DNA of 64,000 bases from contig JAUCBJ010000742.1 of NCBI GenBank assembly GCA_032718475.1, positions 64,123 to 128,122 of the forward strand. Reading direction: 5' to 3'. The notes under the pieces were generated by a model. That model was not told the origin of the DNA, did no database searches, and worked only from the letters and a program-made list of their open reading frames with translations. Made by a program: the position numbers and the translations under genes. Numbering within the stretch: the first letter of the stretch is position 1; each line of letters starts with the position of its first letter. Positions 15,001 through 30,000 of the stretch are shown here, one piece after another. This DNA comes from Nemertoderma westbladi (lineage: Eukaryota > Animalia > Xenacoelomorpha).

Positions 15001-18000
15001 GGACAGGTGAGATATTGCGAAAATACAACCTAGGACAGGTGAGATATTGCGAAAATACAACCAGGACAGGTGAGATATTGCGAAAATACAACCAGGACAG
15101 GTGAGATATTGCGAAAATACAACCCAGGACAGGTGAGATATTGGTAAACTACAACCCAGGACAGGTGAGATATTGCGAAAATACAACCCAGGACAGGTGA
15201 GATATTGCGAAAATACAACCAGGACAGGTGAGATATTGCGAAAATACAACCAGGACAGGTGAGATATTGCGAAAATACAACCAGGACAGGTGAGATATTG
15301 GGAAACTACAACCCAAGACAGGTGAGATATTGGTAAACTACAACCCAGGACAGGTGAGATATTGGTAAACTACAACCCAGGACAGGTGAGATATTGGTAA
15401 ACTACAACCCAGGACAGGTGAGATATTGCGAAAATACAACCTAGGACAGGTGAGATATTGCGAAAATACAACCAGGACAGGTGAGATATTGGTAAACTAC
15501 AACCCAGGACAGGTGAGATATTGGTAAACTACAACCCAGGACAGGTGAGATATTGCGAAAATACAACCAGGACAGGTGAGATATTGCGAAAATACAACCA
15601 GGACAGGTGAGATATTGGGAAACTACAACCCAAGACAGGTGAGATATTGGTAAACTACAACCCAGGACAGGTGAGATATTGGTAAACTACAACCCAGGAC
15701 AGGTGAGATATTGCGAAAATACAACCTAGGACAGGTGAGATATTGCGAAAATACAACCAGGACAGGTGAGATATTGGGAAACTACAACCCAGGACAGGTG
15801 AGATATTGGTAAACTACAACCCAGGGCAGGTGAGATATTGGTAAACTACAAACCAGGACAGGTGAGATATTGGTAAACTACAACCCAGGATAGGTGAGAT
15901 ATTGGTAAACTACAACCCAGGACAGGTGAGATATTGGTAAACTACAACCCAGGACAGGTGAGATATTGCGAAAATACAACCAGGACAGGTGAGATATTGG
16001 GAAACTACAACCCAGGACAGGTGAGATATTGCGAAAATACAACCTAGGACAGGTGAGATATTGCGAAAATACAACCAGGACAGGTGAGATATTGGTAAAC
16101 TACAACCCAGGACAGGTGAGATATTGCGAAAATACAACCTAGGACAGGTGAGATATTGCGAAAATACAACCAGGACAGGTGAGATATTGGGAAACTACAA
16201 CCCAGGACAGGTGAGATATTGGTAAACTACAACCCAGGGCAGGTGAGATATTGGTAAACTACAAACCAGGACAGGTGAGATATTGGTAAACTACAACCCA
16301 GGATAGGTGAGATATTGGTAAACTACAACCCAGGATAGGTGAGATATTGGTAAACTACAACCCAGGACAGGTGAGATATTGGTAAACTACAACCAGGACA
16401 GGTGAGATATTGGTAAACTACAACCCAGGACAGGTGAGATATTGCGAAAATACAACCAGGACAGGTGAGATATTGGTAAACTACAACCCGGGACAGGTGA
16501 GATATTGGTAAACTACAACCCAGGACAGGTGAGATATTGGTAAACTACAACCCAGGACAGGTGAGATATTGGTAAACTACAACCTAAGGACAGGTGAGAT
16601 ATTGCGAAAATACAACCCGGGACAGGTGAGATATTGCGAAAATACAACCCAGGACAGGTGAGATATTGGGAAACTACAACCCAGGACAGGTGAGATATTG
16701 GTAAACTACAACCCAGGACAGGTGAGATATTGGTAAACTACAACCCAGGGCAGGTGAGATATTGGTAAACTACAACCCAGGACAGGTGAGATATTGGTAA
16801 ACTACAACCCAGGACAGGTGAGATATTGCGAAAATACAACCCAGGACAGGTGAGATATTGGTAAACTACAACCCAGGACAGGTGAGATATTGGTAAACTA
16901 CAACCCAGGACAGGTGAGATATTGGTAAACTACAACCCAGGACAGGTGAGATATTGGTAAACTACAACCCGGGACAGGTGAGATATTGGTAAACTACAAC
17001 CCAGGACAGGTGAGATATTGGTAAACTACAACCCAGGACAGGTGAGATATTGGTAAACTACAACCCAGGATAGGTGAGATATTGGTAAACTACAACCCAG
17101 GACAGGTGAGATATTGGTAAACTACAACCAGGACAGGTGAGATATTGGTAAACTACAACCCAGGACAGGTGAGATATTGCGAAAATACAACCAGGACAGG
17201 TGAGATATTGGTAAACTACAACCCGGGACAGGTGAGATATTGGTAAACTACAACCCAGGACAGGTGAGATATTGGTAAACTACAACCCAGGACAGGTGAG
17301 ATATTGGTAAACTACAACCTAAGGACAGGTGAGATATTGCGAAAATACAACCCGGGACAGGTGAGATATTGCGAAAATACAACCCAGGACAGGTGAGATA
17401 TTGGGAAACTACAACCCAGGACAGGTGAGATATTGGTAAACTACAACCCAGGACAGGTGAGATATTGGTAAACTACAACCCAGGGCAGGTGAGATATTGG
17501 TAAACTACAACCCAGGACAGGTGAGATATTGGTAAACTACAACCCAGGACAGGTGAGATATTGCGAAAATACAACCCAGGACAGGTGAGATATTGGTAAA
17601 CTACAACCCAGGACAGGTGAGATATTGGTAAACTACAACCCAGGACAGGTGAGATATTGGTAAACTACAACCCAGGACAGGTGAGATATTGGTAAACTAC
17701 AACCCGGGACAGGTGAGATATTGGTAAACTACAACCCAGGACAGGTGAGATATTGGTAAACTACAACCCAGGACAGGTGAGATATTGGGAAAATACAACC
17801 AGGACAGGTGAGATATTGCGAAAATACAACCAGGACAGGTGAGATATTGGTAAACTACAACCCAGGACAGGTGAGATATTGGTAAACTACAACCCAGGGC
17901 AGGTGAGATATTGGTAAACTACAACCCAGGACAGGTGAGATATTGGGAAACTACAACCAGGACAGGTGAGATATTGCGAAAATACAACCCAGGACAGGTG

Positions 18001-21000
18001 AGATATTGGGAAACTACAACCCAGGGCAGGTGAGATATTGGTAAACTACAACCCAGGGCAGGTGAGATATTGCGAAAATACAACCAGGACAGGTGAGATA
18101 TTGCGAAAATACAACCAGGACAGGTGAGATATTGGTAAACTACAACCAGGACAGGTGAGATATTGCGAAAATACAACCAGGACAGGTGAGATATTGGTAA
18201 ACTACAACCAGGACAGGTGAGATATTGCGAAAATACAACCAGGACAGGTGAGATATTGGTAAACTACAACCCAGGGCAGGTGAGATATTGGTAAACTACA
18301 ACCAGGACAGGTGAGATATTGCGAAAATACAACCAGGACAGGTGAGATATTGGTAAACTACAACCCAGGACAGGTGAGATATTGCGTAAACTACAACCCA
18401 GGACAGGTGAGATATTGGTAAACTACAACCAGGACAGGTGAGATATTGCGAAAATACAACCAGGACAGGTGAGATATTGCGAAAATACAACCAGGACAGG
18501 TGAGATATTGCGAAAATACAACCCAGGACAGGTGAGATATTGGTAAACTACAACCCAGGGCAGGTGAGATATTGGTAAACTACAACCCAGGGCAGGTGAG
18601 ATATTGCGAAAATACAACCAGGACAGGTGAGATATTGGGAAACTACAACCCAGGACAGGTGAGATATTGGTAAACTACAACCCAGGACAGGTGAGATATT
18701 GCGAAAATACAACCAGGACAGGTGAGATATTGGGAAACTACAACCCAGGACAGGTGAGATATTGGTAAACTACAACCAGGACAGGTGAGATATTGGTAAA
18801 CTACAACCCAGGACAGGTGAGATATTGGTAAACTACAACCCAGGACAGGTGAGATATTGGGAAAATACAACCCAGGACAGGTGAGATATTGGTAAACTAC
18901 AACCCAGGGCAGGTGAGATATTGGTAAACTACAACCCAGGACAGGTGAGATATTGCGATAAACTACAACCCAGGACAGGTGAGATATTGGTAAACTACAA
19001 CCCAGGGCAGGTGAGATATTGGTAAACTACAACCCAGGGCAGGTGAGATATTGCGTAAACTACAACCCAGGACAGGTGAGATATTGGTAAACTACAACCC
19101 AGGGCAGGTGAGATATTGGTAAACTACAACCCAGGACAGGTGAGATATTGGTAAACTACAACCCAGGACAGGTGAGATATTGGTAAACTACAACCCAGGA
19201 CAGGTGAGATATTGCGAAAATACAACCCAGGACAGGTGAGATATTGGTAAACTACAACCCAGGACAGGTGAGATATTGGTAAAATACAACCCAGGACAGG
19301 TGAGATATTGGTAAACTACAACCCAGGACAGGTGAGATATTGGGAAAATACAACCCAGGACAGGTGAGATATTGGTAAACTACAACCCAGGACAGGTGAG
19401 ATATTGGTAAACTACAACCCAGGACAGGTGAGATATTGGTAAACTACAACCCAGGACAGGTGAGATATTGCGTAAACTACAACCCAGGACAGGTGAGATA
19501 TTGGGAAACTACAACCCAGGACAGGTGAGATATTGCGTAAACTACAACCCAGGACAGGTGAGATATTGGTAAACTACAACCCAGGACAGGTGAGATATTG
19601 GTAAACTACAACCCAGGACAGGTGAGATATTGCGAAAATACAACCCAGGACAGGTGAGATATTGCGAAAATACAACCAGGACAGGTGAGATATTGGTAAA
19701 CTACAACCCAGGACAGGTGAGATATTGGTAAACTACAACCCAGGACAGGTGAGATATTGGTAAACTACAACCCAGGGCAGGTGAGATATTGGTAAACTAC
19801 AACCCAGGACAGGTGAGATATTGCGAAAATACAACCAGGACAGGTGAGATATTGCGAAAATACAACCAGGACAGGTGAGATATTGGTAAACTACAACCCA
19901 GGGCAGGTGAGATATTGCGAAAATACAACCCAGGACAGGTGAGATATTGCGAAAATACAACCAGGGCAGGTGAGATATTGCGAAAATACAACCAGGACAG
20001 GTGAGATATTGCGAAAATACAACCAGGACAGGTGAGATATTGGTAAACTACAACCCAGGGCAGGTGAGATATTGCGAAAATACAACCCAGGACAGGTGAG
20101 ATATTGCGAAAATACAACCAGGGCAGGTGAGATATTGGTAAACTACAACCAGGACAGGTGAGATATTGCGAAAATACAACCAGGACAGGTGAGATATTGG
20201 TAAACTACAACCCAGGGCAGGTGAGATATTGCGAAAATACAACCAGGACAGGTGAGATATTGCGAAAATACAACCCAGGACAGGTGAGATATTGGTAAAC
20301 TACAACCCAGGACAGGTGAGATATTGCGAAAATACAACCTAGGACAGGTGAGATATTGCGAAAATACAACCAGGACAGGTGAGATATTGCGAAAATACAA
20401 CCAGGACAGGTGAGATATTGGTAAACTACAACCCAGGGCAGGTGAGATATTGGTAAACTACAACCCAGGGCAGGTGAGATATTGGTAAACTACAACCCAG
20501 GACAGGTGAGATATTGCGAAAATACAACCTAGGACAGGTGAGATATTGCGAAAATACAACCAGGACAGGTGAGATATTGGTAAACTACAACCCAGGGCAG
20601 GTGAGATATTGGTAAACTACAACCCAGGGCAGGTGAGATATTGGTAAACTACAACCCAGGACAGGTGAGATATTGCGAAAATACAACCTAGGACAGGTGA
20701 GATATTGCGAAAATACAACCAGGACAGGTGAGATATTGGTAAACTACAACCCAGGACAGGTGAGATATTGGTAAACTACAACCCAGGGCAGGTGAGATAT
20801 TGGTAAACTACAACCCAGGGCAGGTGAGATATTGGTAAACTACAACCCAGGACAGGTGAGATATTGCGAAAATACAACCCAGGACAGGTGAGATATTGGT
20901 AAACTACAACCCAGGACAGGTGAGATATTGGTAAACTACAACCCAGGACAGGTGAGATATTGGTAAACTACAACCCAGGGCAGGTGAGATATTGGTAAAC

Positions 21001-24000
21001 TACAACCCAGGACAGGTGAGATATTGGTAAACTACAACCCAGGGCAGGTGAGATATTGGTAAACTACAACCCAGGGCAGGTGAGATATTGGTAAACTACA
21101 ACCCAGGACAGGTGAGATATTGGTAAACTACAACCCAGGGCAGGTGAGATATTGGTAAACTACAACCCAGGACAGGTGAGATATTGGTAAACTACAACCC
21201 AGGGCAGGTGAGATATTGGTAAACTACAACCCAGGACAGGTGAGATATTGGTAAACTACAACCCAGGGCAGGTGAGATATTGGTAAACTACAACCCAGGG
21301 CAGGTGAGATATTGGTAAACTACAACCCAGGACAGGTGAGATATTGGTAAACTACAACCCAGGGCAGGTGAGATATTGGTAAACTACAACCCAGGACAGG
21401 TGAGATATTGGTAAACTACAACCCAGGACAGGTGAGATATTGCGAAAATACAACCCAGGACAGGTGAGATATTGGTAAACTACAACCCAGGACAGGTGAG
21501 ATATTGGTAAACTACAACCCAGGACAGGTGAGATATTGGTAAACTACAACCCAGGGCAGGTGAGATATTGGTAAACTACAACCCAGGACAGGTGAGATAT
21601 TGGTAAACTACAACCCAGGGCAGGTGAGATATTGGTAAACTACAACCCAGGACAGGTGAGATATTGGTAAACTACAACCCAGGACAGGTGAGATATTGGT
21701 AAACTACAACCCAGGACAGGTGAGATATTGGTAAACTACAACCCAGGACAGGTGAGATATTGGTAAACTACAACCCAGGGCAGGTGAGATATTGGTAAAC
21801 TACAACCTAGGACAGGTGAGATATTGCGAAAATACAACCAGGACAGGTGAGATATTGGTAAACTACAACCCAGGATAGGTGAGATATTGGTAAACTACAA
21901 CCCAGGACAGGTGAGATATTGCGAAAATACAACCAGGACAGGTGAGATATTGGTAAACTACAACCCGGGGCAGGTGAGATATTGGTAAACTACAACCCAG
22001 GACAGGTGAGATATTGGTAAACTACAACCCAGGTCAGGTGAGATATTGGTAAACTACAACCCAGGACAGGTGAGATATTGGTAAACTACAACCCAGGTCA
22101 GGTGAGATATTGGTAAACTACAACCCAGGATAGGTGAGATATTGGTAAACTACAACCCAGGACAGGTGAGATATTGCGAAAATACAACCAGGACAGGTGA
22201 GATATTGGTAAACTACAACCCAGGACAGGTGAGATATTGGGAAATTACAACCTAAGGACAGGTGAGATATTGGTAAACTACAACCCAGGACAGGTAAGAT
22301 ATTGGTAAACTACAACCCAGGATAGGTGAGATATTGGTAAACTACAACCCAGGACAGGTGAGATATTGCGAAAATACAACCAGGACAGGTGAGATATTGG
22401 TAAACTACAACCCAGGATAGGTGAGATATTGGTAAACTACAACCCAGGACAGGTGAGATATTGCGAAAATACAACCAGGACAGGTGAGATATTGGTAAAC
22501 TACAACCCAGGACAGGTGAGATATTGGTAAAATACAACCAGGACAGGTGAGATATTGGTAAACTACAACCCAGGACAGGTGAGATATTGGTAAACTACAA
22601 CCCAGGACAGGTGAGATATTGGTAAACTACAACCCAGGACAGGTGAGATATTGGTAAACTACAACCCAGGACAGGTGAGATATTGGGAAATTACAACCTA
22701 AGGACAGGTGAGATATTGGTAAACTACAACCCAGGACAGGTAAGATATTGGTAAACTACAACCCAGGACAGGTGAGATATTGGTAAACTACAACCCAGGA
22801 CAGGTGAGATATTGGTAAACTACAACCCAGGACAGGTGAGATATTGGTAAACTACAACCCAGGACAGGTGAGATATTGGTAAACTACAACCCAGGACAGG
22901 TGAGATATTGGTAAACTACAACCCAGGACAGGTGAGATATTGGTAAACTACAACCCAGGATAGGTGAGATATTGCGAAAATACAACCCAGGACAGGTGAG
23001 ATATTGGTAAACTACAACCCAGGGCAGGTGAGATATTGGTAAACTACAACCCAGGACAGGTGAGATATTGGTAAACTACAACCCAGGATAGGTGAGATAT
23101 TGCGAAAATACAACCCAGGACAGGTGAGATATTGGTAAACTACAACCCAGGACAGGTGAGATATTGGTAAACTACAACCCAGGATAGGTGAGATATTGCG
23201 AAAATACAACCCAAGACAGATGAGATATTGCGAAAATACAACCCAGGACAGGTGAGATATTGGTAAACTACAACCCAGGACAGGTGAGATATTGGTAAAC
23301 TACAACCCAGGATAGGTGAGATATTGCGAAAATACAACCCAGGACAGGTGAGATATTGGTAAACTACAACCCAGGGCAGGTGAGATATTGGTAAACTACA
23401 ACCCAGGGCAGGTGAGATATTGGTAAACTACAACCCAGGACAGGTGAGATATTGGGAAACTACAACCCAGGACAGGTGAGATATTGGTAAACTACAACCC
23501 AGGGCAGGTGAGATATTGGGAAACTACAACCCAGGACAGGTGAGATATTGGTAAACTACAACCCAGGGCAGGTGAGATATTGGTAAACTACAACCCAGGG
23601 CAGGTGAGATATTGGGAAACTACAACCCAGGACAGGTGAGATATTGGTAAACTACAACCCAGGGCAGGTGAGATATTGGGAAACTACAACCCAGGACAGG
23701 TGAGATATTGGTAAACTACAACCCAGGGCAGGTGAGATATTGCGAAAATACAACCAGGACAGGTGAGATATTGGTAAACTACAACCCAGGACAGGTGAGA
23801 TATTGGTAAACTACAACCCAGGACAGGTGAGATATTGGTAAACTACAACCCAGGACAGGTGAGATATTGGTAAACTACAACCCAGGACAGGTGAGATATT
23901 GGTAAACTACAACCCAGGACAGGTGAGATATTGCGAAAATACAACCAGGACAGGTGAGATATTGGTAAACTACAACCCAGGACAGGTGAGATATTGGTAA

Positions 24001-27000
24001 ACTACAACCCAGGACAGGTGAGATATTGGTAAACTACAACCCAGGACAGGTGAGATATTGCGAAAATACAACCAGGACAGGTGAGATATTGGTAAACTAC
24101 AACCCAGGACAGGTGAGATATTGGTAAACTACAACCCAGGACAGGTGAGATATTGGTAAACTACAACCCAGGGCAGGTGAGATATTGGGAAACTACAACC
24201 CAGGACAGGTGAGATATTGGTAAACTACAACCCAGGACAGGTGAGATATTGCGAAAATACAACCAGGACAGGTGAGATATTGGTAAACTACAACCCAGGA
24301 CAGGTGAGATATTGGTAAACTACAACCCAGGACAGGTGAGATATTGGTAAACTACAACCCAGGACAGGTGAGATATTGCGAAAATACAACCAGGACAGGT
24401 GAGATATTGGTAAACTACAACCCAGGGCAGGTGAGATATTGGTAAACTACAACCCAGGACAGGTGAGATATTGGTAAACTACAACCCAGGACAGGTGAGA
24501 TATTGGTAAACTACAACCCAGGACAGGTGAGATATTGCGAAAATACAACCAGGACAGGTGAGATATTGGGAAACTACAACCCAGGACAGGTGAGATATTG
24601 GTAAACTACAACCCAGGGCAGGTGAGATATTGCGAAAATACAACCAGGACAGGTGAGATATTGGGAAACTACAACCCAGGACAGGTGAGATATTGGTAAA
24701 CTACAACCCAGGGCAGGTGAGATATTGCGAAAATACAACCAGGACAGGTGAGATATTGGTAAACTACAACCCAGGACAGGTGAGATATTGGTAAACTACA
24801 ACCCAGGACAGGTGAGATATTGGTAAACTACAACCCAGGACAGGTGAGATATTGGTAAACTACAACCCAGGACAGGTGAGATATTGGTAAACTACAACCC
24901 AGGACAGGTGAGATATTGCGAAAATACAACCAGGACAGGTGAGATATTGGTAAACTACAACCCAGGACAGGTGAGATATTGGTAAACTACAACCCAGGAC
25001 AGGTGAGATATTGGTAAACTACAACCCAGGACAGGTGAGATATTGCGAAAATACAACCAGGACAGGTGAGATATTGGTAAACTACAACCCAGGACAGGTG
25101 AGATATTGGTAAACTACAACCCAGGACAGGTGAGATATTGGTAAACTACAACCCAGGGCAGGTGAGATATTGGGAAACTACAACCCAGGACAGGTGAGAT
25201 ATTGGTAAACTACAACCCAGGACAGGTGAGATATTGCGAAAATACAACCAGGACAGGTGAGATATTGGTAAACTACAACCCAGGACAGGTGAGATATTGG
25301 TAAACTACAACCCAGGACAGGTGAGATATTGGTAAACTACAACCCAGGACAGGTGAGATATTGCGAAAATACAACCAGGACAGGTGAGATATTGGTAAAC
25401 TACAACCCAGGGCAGGTGAGATATTGGTAAACTACAACCCAGGACAGGTGAGATATTGGTAAACTACAACCCAGGACAGGTGAGATATTGGTAAACTACA
25501 ACCCAGGACAGGTGAGATATTGCGAAAATACAACCAGGACAGGTGAGATATTGGGAAAATACAACCCAGGACAGGTGAGATATTGGTAAACTACAACCCA
25601 GGACAGGTGAGATATTGCGAAAATACAACCAGGACAGGTGAGATATTGGTAAACTACAACCCAGGACAGGTGAGATATTGGTAAACTACAACCCAGGGCA
25701 GGTGAGATATTGGGAAAATACAACCAGGACAGGTGAGATATTGGTAAACTACAACCCAGGACAGGTGAGATATTGGGAAACTACAACCCAGGGCAGGTGA
25801 GATATTGGTAAACTACAACCCAGGACAGGTGAGATATTGCGAAAATACAACCAGGACAGGTGAGATATTGGTAAACTACAACCCAGGACAGGTGAGATAT
25901 TGGTAAACTACAACCCAGGACAGGTGAGATATTGGGAAACTACAACCCAGGGCAGGTGAGATATTGGTAAACTACAACCCAGGACAGGTGAGATATTGGT
26001 AAACTACAACCCAGGACAGGTGAGATATTGGTAAACTACAACCCAGGACAGGTGAGATATTGGTAAACTACAACCCAGGACAGGTGAGATATTGCGAAAA
26101 TACAACCAGGACAGGTGAGATATTGGTAAACTACAACCCAGGGCAGGTGAGATATTGGTAAACTACAACCCAGGACAGGTGAGATATTGGTAAACTACAA
26201 CCCAGGACAGGTGAGATATTGCGAAAATACAACCAGGACAGGTGAGATATTGGTAAACTACAACCCAGGACAGGTGAGATATTGGTAAACTACAACCCAG
26301 GACAGGTGAGATATTGGTAAACTACAACCCAGGACAGGTGAGATATTGGGAAACTACAACCCAGGGCAGGTGAGATATTGGTAAACTACAACCCAGGACA
26401 GGTGAGATATTGGTAAACTACAACCCAGGACAGGTGAGATATTGCGAAAATACAACCAGGACAGGTGAGATATTGCGAAAATACAACCAGGACAGGTGAG
26501 ATATTGCGAAAATACAACCAGGACAGGTGAGATATTGGTAAACTACAACCCAGGGCAGGTGAGATATTGGGAAACTACAACCCAGGACAGGTGAGATATT
26601 GGTAAACTACAACCAGGACAGGTGAGATATTGGTAAACTACAACCCAGGAGAGGTGAGATATTGGTAAACTACAACCCAGGACAGGTGAGATATTGGTAA
26701 ACTACAACCCAGGGCAGGTGAGATATTGCGAAAATACAACCCAGGACAGGTGAGATATTGGTAAACTACAACCCAGGACAGGTGAGATATTGGTAAACTA
26801 CAAACCAGGACAGGTGAGATATTGCGAAAATACAACCAGGACAGGTGAGATATTGCGAAAATACAACCAGGACAGGTGAGATATTGGTAAACTACAACCC
26901 AGGACAGGTGAGATATTGGTAAACTACAACCCAGGACAGGTGAGATATTGGTAAACTACAACCCAGGACAGGTGAGATATTGCGAAAATACAACCAGGAC

Positions 27001-30000
27001 AGGTGAGATATTGGTAAACTACAACCCAGGGCAGGTGAGATATTGGTAAACTACAACCCAGGAGAGGTGAGATATTGGTAAACTACAAACCAGGACAGGT
27101 GAGATATTGGTAAACTACAACCCAGGACAGGTGAGATATTGCGAAAATACAACCAGGACAGGTGAGATATTGCGAAAATACAACCAGGACAGGTGAGATA
27201 TTGCGAAAATACAACCAGGACAGGTGAGATATTGGTAAACTACAACCCAGGGCAGGTGAGATATTGGTAAACTACAACCCAGGGCAGGTGAGATATTGGT
27301 AAACTACAACCCAGGACAGGTGAGATATTGCGAAAATACAACCAGGACAGGTGAGATATTGGTAAACTACAACCCAGGGCAGGTGAGATATTGGGAAACT
27401 ACAACCCAGGACAGGTGAGATATTGGTAAACTACAACCCAGGGCAGGTGAGATATTGGTAAACTACAACCCAGGAGAGGTGAGATATTGGTAAACTACAA
27501 ACCAGGACAGGTGAGATATTGCGAAAATACAACCAGGACAGGTGAGATATTGCGAAAATACAACCAGGACAGGTGAGATATTGGGAAAATACAACCAGGA
27601 CAGGTGAGATATTGCGAAAATACAACCAGGGCAGGTGAGATATTGGGAAACTACAACCCAGGGCAGGTGAGATATTGGGAAACTACAACCTAGGGCAGGT
27701 GAGATATTGGTAAACTACAACCCAGGGCAGGTGAGATATTGGTAAACTACAACCCAGGACAGGTGAGATATTGGTAAACTACAACCCAGGACAGGTGAGA
27801 TATTGGGAAACTACAACCCAGGACAGGTGAGATATTGGGAAACTACAACCTAGGGCAGGTGAGATATTGGTAAACTACAACCCAGGGCAGGTGAGATATT
27901 GGTAAACTACAACCCAGGGCAGGTGAGATATTGGGAAACTACAACCCAGGACAGGTGAGATATTGGTAAACTACAACCCAGGACAGGTGAGATATTGGGA
28001 AACTACAACCCAGGGCAGGTGAGATATTGGGAAACTACAACCCAGGGCAGGTGAGATATTGGTAAACTACAACCCAGGACAGGTGAGATATTGGGAAACT
28101 ACAACCCAGGACAGGTGAGATATTGCGAAAATACAACCAGGGCAGGTGAGATATTGGGAAACTACAACCCAGGGCAGGTGAGATATTGGGAAACTACAAC
28201 CTAGGACAGGTGAGATATTGGTAAACTACAACCCAGGACAGGTGAGATATTGGGAAACTACAACCCAGGGCAGGTGAGATATTGGGAAACTACAACCCAG
28301 GACAGGTGAGATATTGGGAAACTACAACCAGGACAGGTGAGATATTGGTAAACTACAACCCAGGACAGGTGAGATATTGCGAAAATACAACCAGGGCAGG
28401 TGAGATATTGGGAAACTACAACCCAGGGCAGGTGAGATATTGGGAAACTACAACCTAGGGCAGGTGAGATATTGGTAAACTACAACCCAGGGCAGGTGAG
28501 ATATTGGTAAACTACAACCCAGGGCAGGTGAGATATTGCGAAAATACAACCAGGGCAGGTGAGATATTGGGAAACTACAACCAGGACAGGTGAGATATTG
28601 CGAAAATACAACCAGGGCAGGTGAGATATTGGTAAACTACAACCCAGGACAGGTGAGATATTGCGAAAATACAACCAGGGCAGGTGAGATATTGGTAAAC
28701 TACAACCCAGGGCAGGTGAGATATTGGGAAACTACAACCAGGACAGGTGAGATATTGGTAAACTACAACCCAGGACAGGTGAGATATTGCGAAAATACAA
28801 CCAGGGCAGGTGAGATATTGGTAAACTACAACCCAGGGCAGGTGAGATATTGCGAAAATACAACCAGGGCAGGTGAGATATTGGTAAACTACAACCCAGG
28901 ACAGGTGAGATATTGGTAAACTACAACCCAGGACAGGTGAGATATTGGTAAACTACAACCCAAGACAGGTGAGATATTGCGAAAATACAACCAGGACAGG
29001 TGAGATATTGCGAAAATACAACCAGGACAGGTGAGATATTGCGAAAATACAACCAGGACAGGTGAGATATTGCGAAAATACAACCAGGACAGGTGAGATA
29101 TTGGGAAACTACAACCCAAGACAGGTGAGATATTGGTAAACTACAACCCAGGACAGGTGAGATATTGGTAAACTACAACCCAAGACAGGTGAGATATTGG
29201 TAAACTACAACCCAAGACAGGTGAGATATTGGTAAACTACAACCCAGGACAGGTGAGATATTGGTAAACTACAACCCAGGACAGGTGAGATATTGCGAAA
29301 ATACAACCAGGACAGGTGAGATATTGCGAAAATACAACCAGGACAGGTGAGATATTGCGAAAATACAACCAGGACAGGTGAGATATTGCGAAAATACAAC
29401 CAGGACAGGTGAGATATTGGGAAACTACAACCCAAGACAGGTGAGATATTGGTAAACTACAACCCAGGACAGGTGAGATATTGGTAAACTACAACCCAAG
29501 ACAGGTGAGATATTGGTAAACTACAACCCAAGACAGGTGAGATATTGGTAAACTACAACCCAGGACAGGTGAGATATTGGTAAACTACAACCCAGGACAG
29601 GTGAGATATTGCGAAAATACAACCAGGACAGGTGAGATATTGCGAAAATACAACCAGGACAGGTGAGATATTGCGAAAATACAACCAGGACAGGTGAGAT
29701 ATTGCGAAAATACAACCAGGACAGGTGAGATATTGCGAAAATACAACCAGGACAGGTGAGATATTGGGAAAATACAACCAGGACAGGTGAGATATTGGTA
29801 AACTACAACCCAGGACAGGTGAGATATTGGTAAACTACAACCCAGGACAGGTGAGATATTGGTAAACTACAACCCAGGACAGGTGAGATATTGCGAAAAT
29901 ACAACCAGGACAGGTGAGATATTGGGAAACTACAACCAGGACAGGTGAGATATTGGGAAACTACAACCAGGACAGGTGAGATATTGGGAAAATACAACCA

